NCBI GenBank assembly: GCA_032128375.1
Contig: JAQBGU010000086.1
Coordinates: forward strand, 1-40,360
Reading direction: 5' to 3'
DNA length: 40,360 nucleotides
DNA from: Deltaproteobacteria bacterium
GTDB taxonomy: Bacteria; Myxococcota_A; UBA9160; SMWR01
The notes below the pieces were generated by a model. That model did no database searches. It was not told where the DNA came from and worked only from the letters and a program-made list of their open reading frames with translations. Positions 18,093 to 27,474 of the stretch are shown here, piece after piece. Each line of letters begins with the position of its first letter. The stretch's first letter is position 1. The translations under genes were made by a program, and so were the position numbers.

Positions 18093-19112
18093 GTGGATGC
18101 CAACGAACTCGAACAGCTCGAATCGGATGCGCGCCGCGACGTGGCAAACGCGACGAGCCTCCCGGACCTGACGGCGATACGCGCTGGGTATCTGGGTAAG
18201 AAAGGTTCGCTGGCCGCCATCCTGCGCGGAATCGGCGAACTCGATGGCGCGGAGCGCGCAGCAGCCGGCCAGAGCGCGAACATTGCCAAGGGCCGGATCG
18301 AGCAGTGCGTTGCGGAGAGACGCGCAGCACTGGAAGCTTTCGTGCGCGAGCAGGCGCTTGGCGGGCGGGGTCTCGACATTTCGCTGCCTGGCGTCGAGGA
18401 GCCGCTTGGCAGGCTGCACCCTGTCACACGGGTGTTTCGCGACATGGTGGAATTTTTCTCGTCGATGGGCTTTGCGATCGAAGAGGGCCCCGAGGTCGAA
18501 ACCCAGTACAACAACTTCGAGGCATTGAACATGCCCGAGGTTCATCCGGCGCGGGACGAACAGGACACCTTCTACGTGGAAGGTGGCAACGTGTTGCGCA
18601 CGCAGACGTCGAACGTGCAGATCCGCACCATGACCGGCCGCACGCCACCGTTTCGCTTCATCGCGCCCGGACGCGTCTATCGCCACGACCTGAGTCCGCG
18701 CCACAGCCCGATGTTTCATCAGATCGAGGGGTTCTTGGTCGATGAGCAGGTGACATTCGCGGACCTGAAGGGCGTGCTGCTGGCATTCGGTCGCCACCTG
18801 ATGGGCAACGACATCGAATTGCGCTTTCGCGCGAACCATTTTCCGTTCACGGAACCCTCCGCGGAGCTGGACTACGTGTGCCTGCTGTGTGACAAGCAAG
18901 GCTGTGCGATGTGTTCAGGAAGCGGTTGGATAGAGTGGGGCGGTTGCGGAATGATCCATCCGCGCGTGTTGGAGAACTGCGGGATCGACTCCGAGCGCTA
19001 CCAGGGCTTCGCGTTCGGCATGGGCGTCGATCGCACCGCACTGCTGCGTTACGGGATCCCGCACATCCGGCTGTTGTTCGAAGGCGATCTGCGCGTGCTG
19101 GAGCGGATCTGA
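18093..19112 (+). CDS. pheS: Phenylalanine--tRNA ligase alpha subunit
   Basis: HPARDEQDTF, LRTQTS, HSPMFHQIEG, FPFTEPS and GFAFGMG. Confidence 0.98.
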   Translation: MDANELEQLESDARRDVANATSLPDLTAIRAGYLGKKGSLAAILRGIGELDGAERAAAGQSANIAKGRIEQCVAERRAALEAFVREQALGGRGLDISLPGVEEPLGRLHPVTRVFRDMVEFFSSMGFAIEEGPEVETQYNNFEALNMPEVHPARDEQDTFYVEGGNVLRTQTSNVQIRTMTGRTPPFRFIAPGRVYRHDLSPRHSPMFHQIEGFLVDEQVTFADLKGVLLAFGRHLMGNDIELRFRANHFPFTEPSAELDYVCLLCDKQGCAMCSGSGWIEWGGCGMIHPRVLENCGIDSERYQGFAFGMGVDRTALLRYGIPHIRLLFEGDLRVLERI

Positions 19113-21538
19113 TGCGTCTATCCCTCGGCTGGCTCGCAGAGTTCGTCGATCTGCCACCCGACGCAGAATTGATCGAACGGCTGACGATGTGCGGATTCGA
19201 AGACGTGGAGTTGATCGATACCGGTCCCGATCTGTCTGGCGTCCGCGTCGGACATGTCGTCGAGCGCAACACTCACCCGAATGCCGACCGGCTTTCAGTC
19301 TGCTCGGTGGACGTGGGCGACGGCGACCTGATCAGCGTGGTGTGCGGCGCACCGAACGTGGCCGCAGATCAGAAGATCGCTTTTGCGCCAGTCGGAACCA
19401 CGCTTCCGGACGGAACGAAGCTGAAGAAGGCGAAGATTCGCGGGGTGGAGTCGACCGGCATGATCTGCTCCAACCGCGAGCTGGGTCTTGGAGACGATCA
19501 CGACGGAATCCTGGTACTCGATCCCACTGCTCCGATCGGGGCCCCGCTTGGCGATGTGGTGTTGACTGGGCACCGTGAGTTGGAGGTCGGAATCACCCCG
19601 AACCGTGGCGATGTCGCTTCGGTGATCGGAGTCGCTCGCGAGGTCCACGCGCTGTTCGGTGGCGAATTGCGCTTGTCCGAAACGACGCCTCCCGAACCCG
19701 GACCCCCGGCAGAGCGCGACATTCGCATCGAAATCCATGCGCCCGACGACTGCTATCGATACGTGGCGAGGCTCGTTCGAGGCGTGACGGTGGGCCCATC
19801 GCCTGACTGGCTGGTCGCCAAGCTCGCGGCTTCGGGCATTCGCGCAATCAACAATATCGTCGACATCACCAACCTTGTGCTGCTCGAGTACGGCCAGCCA
19901 CTTCACGCATTCGATCTCGCAAAGCTATCCGGGGGCGTCGTGCGCGTGCGGCGCGCGACTTCCGGCGAGAAGCTGCCGACACTCGACGGCATGACGCGCG
20001 TACTCGAACCCGAGGATCTCGTCATCGCCGACGAAAAGAGCGCGATTGCACTGGCCGGTGTAATGGGCGGCGCGGGATCGGAAGTGAGCGATGCCACCAC
20101 CGACGTGCTGATCGAGAGCGCCCACTTCGAGCCGAAACGCGTGCGCGTTGCGGCGCGGCGCCACGGGCTGCGAACCGAGGCTTCCTATCGCTTCGAGCGC
20201 GGTGTCGACCGCGCCGGAATCGATCGCGCGGCAGACCGGGCCGCTCAGCTGATGGCGGAGCTTGCCGGTGGAGAGGTCGCGGCGGGTGCCGTCGTCGCGC
20301 AGGGAGCGGCCGTCCCGTATACCGAAACGATCCCGTTCCGACCGGATCGAGCCAATAAGCTGCTCGGGACGTCGCTCCGTTCGGAAGAAATGCAGTCGCT
20401 ACTCGAACGCGTAGGTGTGCGGTCCAAAGTGTGCGATTCAGATGCAGGTGAGCTGGTCTGCGCGATCCCGTCGCACCGAAATGACCTGCACATCCACCAG
20501 GACCTCACCGAAGAGGTGGCCCGAATTTTCGGCTACGAGCGCATCCCAACCACCGAGCCGGTTGGGATCTTGCGCGCCATTCGACCGCCCGCCGCCTGGT
20601 CGCTGGCGGAGCGGATACGCGATTCGTTGGTGGCAGCGGGCCTGATCGAATGTCAGACGCTTCCATTCCTGAACCCGGACTGGATCGATGCCCTGCGGCT
20701 GGATCCCGACGATCCGCGCCGCTCGGGGCTGAGGGTTACCAACCCGGTGCACGATGAGGAACCGCTGCTTCGGACCACGCTGCTGCCGTCTTTGCTTCGC
20801 TTGGTGCACCAGAACCGCAATCGCCAGACGGATCGAATCGAGGTTTTTGAGTTGAGTCGGCTGTTCGTTCCAGCTTCTGTCGAAATGGGCTACGCGAGCG
20901 AGCTGCCCAGCGAGCGTCTGAACCTGTTGGTTGCGATCGTCGAGCGGCAAGAGCCCCAGCTCTGGGCCGCCGCGCAACCTGCGCCATTGTTCTTTCGGGC
21001 CAAGGGCATTGCGAAAAAGCTTTTGAACCAGATGGGTTATATGGCATGGTTTCCGGGTGAGCGGATCCCGCCCTATCTGCACCCGGGCGCGGCCGCTGGA
21101 ATCGAGGTCAATGGCACGGTGATCGGGGCATTGGGCGAACTTCATCCGGACGTGGCGGCGAGCTTCGAGCTGGATTCGCGCTGTGCGGTGATAGAACTGG
21201 ACTTGGCCGCACTCGAGGAACTGCGGCCCACACCGCTTGCGTTCGTGGAGGTTTCGCGCCAGCCGCACGTCGCGCGTGACATCGCCGTGCTGGTGGACGC
21301 GAACCAACCCGCCGGGGACGTTATCGAGGCCGTCCGCACGGCCGCAGGAAAGGACCTGGAGCGAGTCGAGCTGTTCGATCGGTACACCGGAAAAGGTGTG
21401 CCGGAAGGCCGCGTGAGCCTCGCCTTTCGAATGGTGTTCCAGCGCGCGGATCGAACGCTGACAGACGCGGAAGTCACCAAGTCGACCGATCGCGTGGTGC
21501 GGATGCTGGCGCATCGGTTCAACGGGGAACTCCGTTAG
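19112..21538 (+). CDS. pheT: Phenylalanine--tRNA ligase beta subunit
   Basis: ATG overlaps the pheS TGA. MRLSLGWL, HPNADRL, VVCGAPN, ITPNRGD, YGQPLHAFD, ASYRFERG and an FDX-ACB C-terminus. Confidence 0.97.
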   Translation: MRLSLGWLAEFVDLPPDAELIERLTMCGFEDVELIDTGPDLSGVRVGHVVERNTHPNADRLSVCSVDVGDGDLISVVCGAPNVAADQKIAFAPVGTTLPDGTKLKKAKIRGVESTGMICSNRELGLGDDHDGILVLDPTAPIGAPLGDVVLTGHRELEVGITPNRGDVASVIGVAREVHALFGGELRLSETTPPEPGPPAERDIRIEIHAPDDCYRYVARLVRGVTVGPSPDWLVAKLAASGIRAINNIVDITNLVLLEYGQPLHAFDLAKLSGGVVRVRRATSGEKLPTLDGMTRVLEPEDLVIADEKSAIALAGVMGGAGSEVSDATTDVLIESAHFEPKRVRVAARRHGLRTEASYRFERGVDRAGIDRAADRAAQLMAELAGGEVAAGAVVAQGAAVPYTETIPFRPDRANKLLGTSLRSEEMQSLLERVGVRSKVCDSDAGELVCAIPSHRNDLHIHQDLTEEVARIFGYERIPTTEPVGILRAIRPPAAWSLAERIRDSLVAAGLIECQTLPFLNPDWIDALRLDPDDPRRSGLRVTNPVHDEEPLLRTTLLPSLLRLVHQNRNRQTDRIEVFELSRLFVPASVEMGYASELPSERLNLLVAIVERQEPQLWAAAQPAPLFFRAKGIAKKLLNQMGYMAWFPGERIPPYLHPGAAAGIEVNGTVIGALGELHPDVAASFELDSRCAVIELDLAALEELRPTPLAFVEVSRQPHVARDIAVLVDANQPAGDVIEAVRTAAGKDLERVELFDRYTGKGVPEGRVSLAFRMVFQRADRTLTDAEVTKSTDRVVRMLAHRFNGELR

Positions 21539-21596
21539 ATGCCAAACCATGTGAGGCCGGACCTATGCTGCCAGGACAAGAAGGGGAGGATGATTC

Positions 21597-21917
21597 ATGA
21601 CGAAGGCTGATATCGTCGAACAGATCTACGAACAGGTGGGGTTCTCGAAGAAGGAATCCGCTGAACTCGTCGAGAAAGTCTTCGATTCCATCAAGGATAC
21701 GCTGGCCGAAGGCGAGAAGGTCAAGATTTCTGGCTTCGGGAACTTCGTCGTGCGCGGAAAAAATTCGCGCAAGGGCCGCAATCCGCAAACCGGCCAAGAG
21801 ATTCTGCTCGAGGCGCGCAAAGTTTTGACATTCAAGCCGAGTCTCGTGCTAAAAAACTTATTGAACGAAACGGAAGTCGACACGCCAGGGGGTGGAGGCG
21901 AGAATCCGTATAGCTAG
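21597..21917 (+). CDS. ihfA: Integration host factor alpha subunit
   Basis: MTKADIVE...VKISGFGNF...GRNPQTG...TFKPS, in the canonical position after pheT. Confidence 0.95.
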   Translation: MTKADIVEQIYEQVGFSKKESAELVEKVFDSIKDTLAEGEKVKISGFGNFVVRGKNSRKGRNPQTGQEILLEARKVLTFKPSLVLKNLLNETEVDTPGGGGENPYS

Positions 21918-21980
21918 CTAGTGAGAGCTAGTGAGAGCTAGTGATGAGAGCTAGTGATGAGAGCTAGCGAGAGCTAGTGA
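21912..21980 (+). repeat. CTAG-containing 10/13-bp tandem repeat starting at the ihfA stop
   Basis: CTAGTGAGAG x2, CTAGTGATGAGAG x2, CTAGCGAGAG, CTAGTGA. Seven CTAG in ~70 bp. Confidence 0.85.
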
Positions 21981-22037
21981 CCACAGATCACAGCTGAACC
22001 ACAAAGCGAGTCCTATTGGACATCAGGCGGGGGGCCG

Positions 22038-22514
22038 ATGCCGAGCACGAACGACGGACGAGTGTCTAGGAAGCCAGCCAAGGCTGCGAGTACACATCGC
22101 AAATCGAGGTCTACAACGCGCGTACCCGAGCCAACGTCTGCAACGGGGTCTGCATCGGCTTCGCTGAGCGGACAAGCGCACGACAAGCGTTACTACCGAA
22201 TCGGTGAAGTCAGCAGGATCACCGATGTGAAGCCGTACGTGCTTCGGTACTGGGAATCCGAGTTCCGTTGGATGGCACCGCACAAATCGGCGTCGAAGCA
22301 GCGGCTTTATCGCCGGCGCGACATCGACATGATCCTGCTGATCAAGAAGTTGTTGTACGAGCAGCGCTTCACGATCGCGGGTGCGCGAAACATGCTGCGA
22401 GAGCAAGGTGCAGGGCGCGCATTGGAGAGCGGCAACCTGACAATCGAACTCGATCACCGCTCGCGATACCGCAAGATCCGCGGGGAACTAGAGTCGATTC
22501 GGGCTATGCTGTAG
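22038..22514 (+). CDS. MerR-family transcriptional regulator (ihfA-linked type)
   Basis: KRYYRIGEVS...VKPYVLRYWESEF...QRLYRRRDI...IKKLLYEQRFTIAGA. Start is uncertain. Confidence 0.9.
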   Translation: MPSTNDGRVSRKPAKAASTHRKSRSTTRVPEPTSATGSASASLSGQAHDKRYYRIGEVSRITDVKPYVLRYWESEFRWMAPHKSASKQRLYRRRDIDMILLIKKLLYEQRFTIAGARNMLREQGAGRALESGNLTIELDHRSRYRKIRGELESIRAML

Positions 22515-22551
22515 AACCCGGGATGCGCCGCATCTTCGAGGCCGGCGCGCG

Positions 22552-23103
22552 CTAGAAGGGTAGGGGTGTGATGTATAGGCCCCACAGCAGGAGCCATAAC
22601 ATCACGCTGGCTACGCCGTAGGTTCCGATTGCGCGCAGTGTCGTGAAGTCGAGTGCTTGGCGAATGGCAATGATGACCGCCACCGTGACCCACAATCGGG
22701 CTGCGGCGTCGATGCCGAGTCCGATGATGGGCGGCTGTAGGAACGCAAACAGCCGCAAAATCGAGGGGCCGAACGCGAAGCCGGTGGTTCGCAACACCTC
22801 CATGAAGTCCGATTCGGTTTCGGGGCCCTTGAAAAACGTGGCTCCGACCATCAACGAGAAGGCCGATCCGCCGATCCACAGCACCAGCGGCTCCAGGATC
22901 AATAGCGCGAGCTGGAACAACCGCTGGTTGGATGGCAATTCGGCGCCGCCGGTCTGAATCCAACTGCCGCCGCCGATCGCGAGGCACGCGACCAAGATCA
23001 CCAAGGTCGCCTGGCCGATCGAACTGCGATCGGCCTCGACCTCTTCGTAGGTCTCCGCGTGGAGCAGCGCGGCGCGCCAGACACGCCGCGAAAATGACGT
23101 CAT
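22552..23103 (-). CDS. Yip1-like multi-pass membrane protein
   Basis: YEEVEAD...QATLV, about five hydrophobic segments, VLRTTGFA and AIRQALDF. Confidence 0.7.
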   Translation of the reverse strand: MTSFSRRVWRAALLHAETYEEVEADRSSIGQATLVILVACLAIGGGSWIQTGGAELPSNQRLFQLALLILEPLVLWIGGSAFSLMVGATFFKGPETESDFMEVLRTTGFAFGPSILRLFAFLQPPIIGLGIDAAARLWVTVAVIIAIRQALDFTTLRAIGTYGVASVMLWLLLWGLYITPLPF

Positions 23104-23747
23104 GATCCGTCTCCGCCGGCGCGCTCGAGCAACTTTTGGAGCGCCCCACGGATTCCGATCTCGCTAGACGCCGCCGCATAGCCGCGCAGCAGGGCCTCGG
23201 TGGCGCTGCATTCGGCGGGTAGGCCCGCCTCGTCCAGGCATTCGATCGACACCTTCGGGGCGCGATTCTGCAGGTCGCGCGCGGCATCGAGCATGGCGGT
23301 CTGAAACTGTGGACTGTCCGCGCTGGCTTCGTACGCGCTAGACAGCAGCCGATTCAAGCGGTCGAGCCTGGCGACGACTTCGGGGTCTCCACCCGGCGCC
23401 GCGGCTGCTTGCTGCGCGATCCGGTAGTAGACCCAGGTGATCGAGTTGAGTGCCAGATAGGCATGGTCGGACCCCGCTCCGTCCGCGACGTCCGCTTCGA
23501 GGTTCTCGAGTTGCTCGTCGTTGATCGCACCGTCATCGAGTGCCTCGAAGACCAACTCGTATTGCTTACGTGCCGGATCGAGACATTGAGGGGTCTGGCC
23601 GGGCTCGGGCAGCGGACAATAGGCGCCCTTGGCCCCGCCAGCTCCCAGCGCGCGGATCGGGGCAAGCGCGAGCCCCAGAGCGAGCACCCAGACCGCGTAC
23701 GACAGGCCTTGGGAGAGGCCAGTTTTGGAGCCCTGCACCGATCGCAT
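23100..23747 (-). CDS. Secreted hypothetical protein with two cysteine pairs
   Basis: Signal-like AVWVLALGLALAPIRALG, CPLPEPGQTPQC and CLDEAGLPAEC. ATGA overlap with the downstream membrane gene. Confidence 0.65.
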   Translation of the reverse strand: MRSVQGSKTGLSQGLSYAVWVLALGLALAPIRALGAGGAKGAYCPLPEPGQTPQCLDPARKQYELVFEALDDGAINDEQLENLEADVADGAGSDHAYLALNSITWVYYRIAQQAAAAPGGDPEVVARLDRLNRLLSSAYEASADSPQFQTAMLDAARDLQNRAPKVSIECLDEAGLPAECSATEALLRGYAAASSEIGIRGALQKLLERAGGDGS

Positions 23748-24089
23748 CAGGCGTCGTCGAGCCGCGGAATCGGGTAGCGCCGCCGCGACGCAATGTCGCC
23801 GACCCACTCGAACCCCGTTGATCCGAGAAACGGCGCCATTCGGCTGTTTCTGGCTCCAAGTCGCCGCTGAATTCGAATCATCCGGATCGGTCACTTCTCT
23901 CCACGGCCGGCCGCCAGTTCTATCGAGAAGGCCAATGCCTGTCCACTCGGGCCACTCGAACGACAGGGTAGGCGGCGCCGGGCCGGGGCGGCAAGTCTGG
24001 CTCGAGAGTACCGGCCGGGGCGACTGCGAGACTGAAACGCTGATGCCAGTCGACAGAAGCCGCCGCAATCGCTACTCCTGCACGCGCGT

Positions 24090-24166
24090 CGGGCCGTGGC
24101 GCAGCTTGGTAGCGCGCTTGACTGGGGGTCAAGAGGTCGCGAGTTCGAATCTCGCCGGCCCGACCA
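24090..24166 (+). tRNA. tRNA-Pro (GGG)
   Basis: Acceptor CGGGCCG/CGGCCCG, anticodon arm CTTGA-CTGGGGG-TCAAG, GTTCGAAT, encoded CCA. Confidence 0.97.
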
Positions 24167-24199
24167 AACCTTGCCTCGTTTCCTCTCTCTGAGTGGGTC

Positions 24200-24682
24200 A
24201 CTTGCCCCGACGACCCACGCGCGTTGTGGCGAGACTGGATGACCCGCGGATGGTTCGAATGGGAAAGCGAGGGATACCCGTTCTGGTCGAATCTGCACCA
24301 CACCCAGACCTATTGGAACTACCGAGATCTGCCCAACTTTCTGTTCCTTCACTACAACGACATGTTGAAGGATCTCGAAGGCGCAGTCCGACAGATCGTG
24401 GATTTTGCAGACATCGATTGTTCGGGTGCAGATATCGATCGGGTCGTCGTTGACAACACCTTCGTCAACGCCCGAACGAAGGCCGTCGACGCGGCAGAGG
24501 ACGGCGATACCCAAAAGCCCTTCTCCAAGGCAAGGGCGGCGTGAAGGCGTTCTTCTTCAAGGGCTCGAACGGCCGATGGCTGGATGTGCTGACCCCCGGA
24601 GATCTCGAACTCTACAAAGGCCAGGCAGCGCGTGTTGTCTGCGGACTGCGCGGAGTGGTTGGAAAACGGAAGCCTGCCCTGA
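24200..24682 (+). pseudogene. C-terminal remnant of a PAPS-dependent sulfotransferase with two frameshifts
   Basis: WRDWMTRGW...FLFLHYNDMLKDL, then in a shifted frame GGVKAFFFKGSNGRWLDVLT, then RVLSADCAEWLENGSLP*. No N-terminal PAPS-binding motif. Confidence 0.75.
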
Positions 24683-24940
24683 GGCCATAGCCACCAGGTG
24701 CGGGAATGAAGTTCTCCCCTCAGGGATGAACGTCGCAGCTCCGATCCATCCGATTGGCGAAACCTATTCTGTTTCAATGAATTGGAATGGGTAGACGGCG
24801 CAATCGAACCCACTTGTCGTGCTGTTCGATCCAAGATTTTTTTGGGCAAGAGCTTCGAGGGCGCTTCACCCCAACGGTCGGGTGGCCGATAGGCATGGCT
24901 CGACGCTCGCAATGCGCTCGCAAACGGGAGGGGAAAGTCG

Positions 24941-25246
24941 ATGAAACGCTTGATTCGAGGCCTGAGTGTCACGCTCGTAGCCGTCACGCTTCTCGCGGTC
25001 CAGGTGGGCACCGCCACCGCAGCCGCGAAAGATTTGGAAGACCACGGAAAGGTAAACATCATCTTCGATGCGTTGATTCTGCGCCCGCTGGGGTTGGCGA
25101 TGACTGCGGTCGGAGGCGTGTTGTTTGCATTTCCTGTGGGTCCGCTGGTCGGAATCACCCGTCCCACGGACATCCGCGAACCGCTTGATTTCCTGGTCAT
25201 GCGCCCCGCCCGCTATACGTTTTCGGATCCGCTCGGGCACCACTAG
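24941..25246 (+). CDS. Small exported/membrane conserved hypothetical protein
   Basis: Signal peptide, then DALILRPLGLA...LVMRPARYTF.DPLG, a pattern seen in small conserved proteobacterial proteins. GGGAGG upstream. Confidence 0.75.
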   Translation: MKRLIRGLSVTLVAVTLLAVQVGTATAAAKDLEDHGKVNIIFDALILRPLGLAMTAVGGVLFAFPVGPLVGITRPTDIREPLDFLVMRPARYTFSDPLGHH

Positions 25247-25466
25247 AAACCGGACCCGCTTGGGTCGATGCGACGAAATGAAAGTATTGGCCGCTCTGCG
25301 GCGAACGCGCAACCAAGCGCGCGTCGTCGCTTGATGGCTGCTGGCGATTGTCGCCCAGACCCGGTTCGGGTCGACGTGGATCGAGGCTCGCGGTTAGGCG
25401 CACCCCCACACTCTGGCCAGCTAGCCGATCAAAGACTGTGAGCGCAAAGCTGGGCCCCTGCAGGCG

Positions 25467-26648
25467 GTGGTATCGATGACATCCGAGTCCGAGGAGCGCA
25501 ACAGGCTTCTGGCCGCGATCGATGCCGGTACGTCCCCGATTCTGGCGCTATCGCGTTGGATGTCGGCGAATCCCGAACTCTCGTGCGAAGAACGACAGAC
25601 CAGTAGTCGCTATATCGAGTACCTGAGCCAGCTGGGATTCTCGATTCAGCGGGGCGTTGCTGGGCTCGATACGGCGTTCGTCGCAGAAGCCGGCTCGCCC
25701 GAGGCCGCTTTCAGTGTGGCTCTGCTGGCCGAGATGGACGCACTGCCCGAGATCGGGCACGCCTGCGGACACAGCCTGTCCGGCCCGGCCAGTCTGCTTG
25801 CAGCGGCGGCGCTGCGCGAAGTGGTACCGGCCGAGCAGCTCAGGATTCTGGTCGTCGGGACCCCGGCGGAGGAGACTGGCGTTGGCAAACCCAAGCTCGT
25901 TTCGGCAGGGGTCTTCGATACCGTCGATGTTGCCATGATGGCTCACGCATCTGATATGCGACGCGCACACCGGCTTTTCCTGGGCAACCGGAAATTCGAA
26001 TTCGTCTTTCACGGTCACGCCGCACACGCAGCTGCGTATCCTGAGAAAGGCATCAACGCACTCGATGGCGTGATCGCGCTGTTCGTTGCGATCGGACTGC
26101 TGCGCCAGCAACTTCCACTGAGTGCTCGTGTTCACGGGATTGTGTCGGATGGCGGGCAGGCACCCAATATCATTCCGGAACGGGCCGCCGCACGCATCTG
26201 GGTTCGAGCGCTCGACGATGACGTCCTCGAAGACGCAGCTGCGCGCGTCACAGCCTGTGCCCACGGCGCCGCGACGGGAACAGGCACGCGTCTCGAAGTG
26301 CTTTCAGGGGGTAGCGCCTCACCTTCGATGCGCGCGAACCTCGCTTTGGCCGACACCTACCGGCGCCAGCTCGAGTACCTGGGGCTACCCGAAACCGCCC
26401 ATGCGCCCAACGAGGCGATCGGTTCGAGCGACATCACCCACGTCTCGCGCGTGGTGCCCACCATCCACCCGAATTTTCCGATCGGTATCGATCTGAAGCT
26501 CCACACCCGGGCGTTTGCCGAGGCCGCGGCAGGCCCCGGAGGCGAGCGGGGGCTGCTCGAGGGAGCGCGGGCGTTGGCGCTCACAGTCGCCGAACTGGCG
26601 CGAAACCCCACCGTTCGCGCGGCTGTCGCCGCAGCGGGCAAGCGCTGA
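25467..26648 (+). CDS. M20 family amidohydrolase/peptidase (Acy1L2/AbgB-like)
   Basis: NPELSCEE, AEMDALP..GHACGH, GTPAEE, GHAAHAA..P..GINALD, GGQAPNIIP and GSSD. Confidence 0.9.
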   Translation: MVSMTSESEERNRLLAAIDAGTSPILALSRWMSANPELSCEERQTSSRYIEYLSQLGFSIQRGVAGLDTAFVAEAGSPEAAFSVALLAEMDALPEIGHACGHSLSGPASLLAAAALREVVPAEQLRILVVGTPAEETGVGKPKLVSAGVFDTVDVAMMAHASDMRRAHRLFLGNRKFEFVFHGHAAHAAAYPEKGINALDGVIALFVAIGLLRQQLPLSARVHGIVSDGGQAPNIIPERAAARIWVRALDDDVLEDAAARVTACAHGAATGTGTRLEVLSGGSASPSMRANLALADTYRRQLEYLGLPETAHAPNEAIGSSDITHVSRVVPTIHPNFPIGIDLKLHTRAFAEAAAGPGGERGLLEGARALALTVAELARNPTVRAAVAAAGKR

Positions 26649-26715
26649 TTTTTACGGGTACGAAGTGTTGCAATTCCGCAGGCTTCGGTCCTAAGCTGCG
26701 GTTTTGGGGAGATCG

Positions 26716-27474
26716 ATGAAAGCCGATTCGAGGGCTGGGACCCGGGCTGCGGCCGGTACTGCATCCGGTACTACATCCAAAGCAACAGCCGAGCGAAGCA
26801 GCGGCTGGGCCACGGCTGGTGTCGGTCGCCGCGAGTTCGATGCCCCGCGGCGCAGGCTCGCCGAGCGACTCGCCGCGAGCGGAATCCGAAGCCGCCGACT
26901 CCTCGACGCCTTCGCGTCCGTCCCGCGTCACTTGCTGATTCCCGAGGCACTGCGCGGTGACGCGTACCGGAATATCTCGCTGCCGATTGGCGAAGGCCAG
27001 ACGATTTCGTCGCCTGGAACAGTGGCTCAGATGACCGAAGCGCTCGAATTGGACGGGGACGAGACGGTATTGGAAGTCGGCACCGGTTCGGGATACCAGG
27101 CGGCGATCCTGTCGAAGTTGGTCGCACGTGTGATTTCGATCGAGCGCGTTCCGCGGCTTGCAGCCAGTGCACGCACAGCGCTGGACGGGATCGGTGTCTC
27201 GAACGTGGTCGTTCATCTGGGCGACGGGACGGGCGGTCGACCCGCCGACGCGCCTTTCGATGCGATCATCGTGACCGCAGGAGGACCGGAGATCCCTAGG
27301 CCGCTCGTCGCGCAGCTGGCCGAAGGGGGACGTCTGGTCGGCCCGTTCGGCGCCCGCGGTCAACAGGAGTTGATTCGGATTCGTCGCCGGCCCGGCGGCG
27401 ATCTCACTCGCGAGGTTCTGGGACCCTGCAGATTCGTCGATCTACTCGGTACGCACGGATGGGCCGCCGTTTAG
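26716..27474 (+). CDS. pcm: Protein-L-isoaspartate O-methyltransferase
   Basis: VPRHL, LPIGEGQTISSP, VLEVGTGSGYQAAIL, APFDAIIVTA and QLAEGGRLVGP. Confidence 0.95.
   Translation: MKADSRAGTRAAAGTASGTTSKATAERSSGWATAGVGRREFDAPRRRLAERLAASGIRSRRLLDAFASVPRHLLIPEALRGDAYRNISLPIGEGQTISSPGTVAQMTEALELDGDETVLEVGTGSGYQAAILSKLVARVISIERVPRLAASARTALDGIGVSNVVVHLGDGTGGRPADAPFDAIIVTAGGPEIPRPLVAQLAEGGRLVGPFGARGQQELIRIRRRPGGDLTREVLGPCRFVDLLGTHGWAAV

Noticed and set aside
21912..21980. Mini-CRISPR interpretation of the ihfA repeat
   Set aside because: The units are 10-13 bp and contiguous, with no unique spacers.
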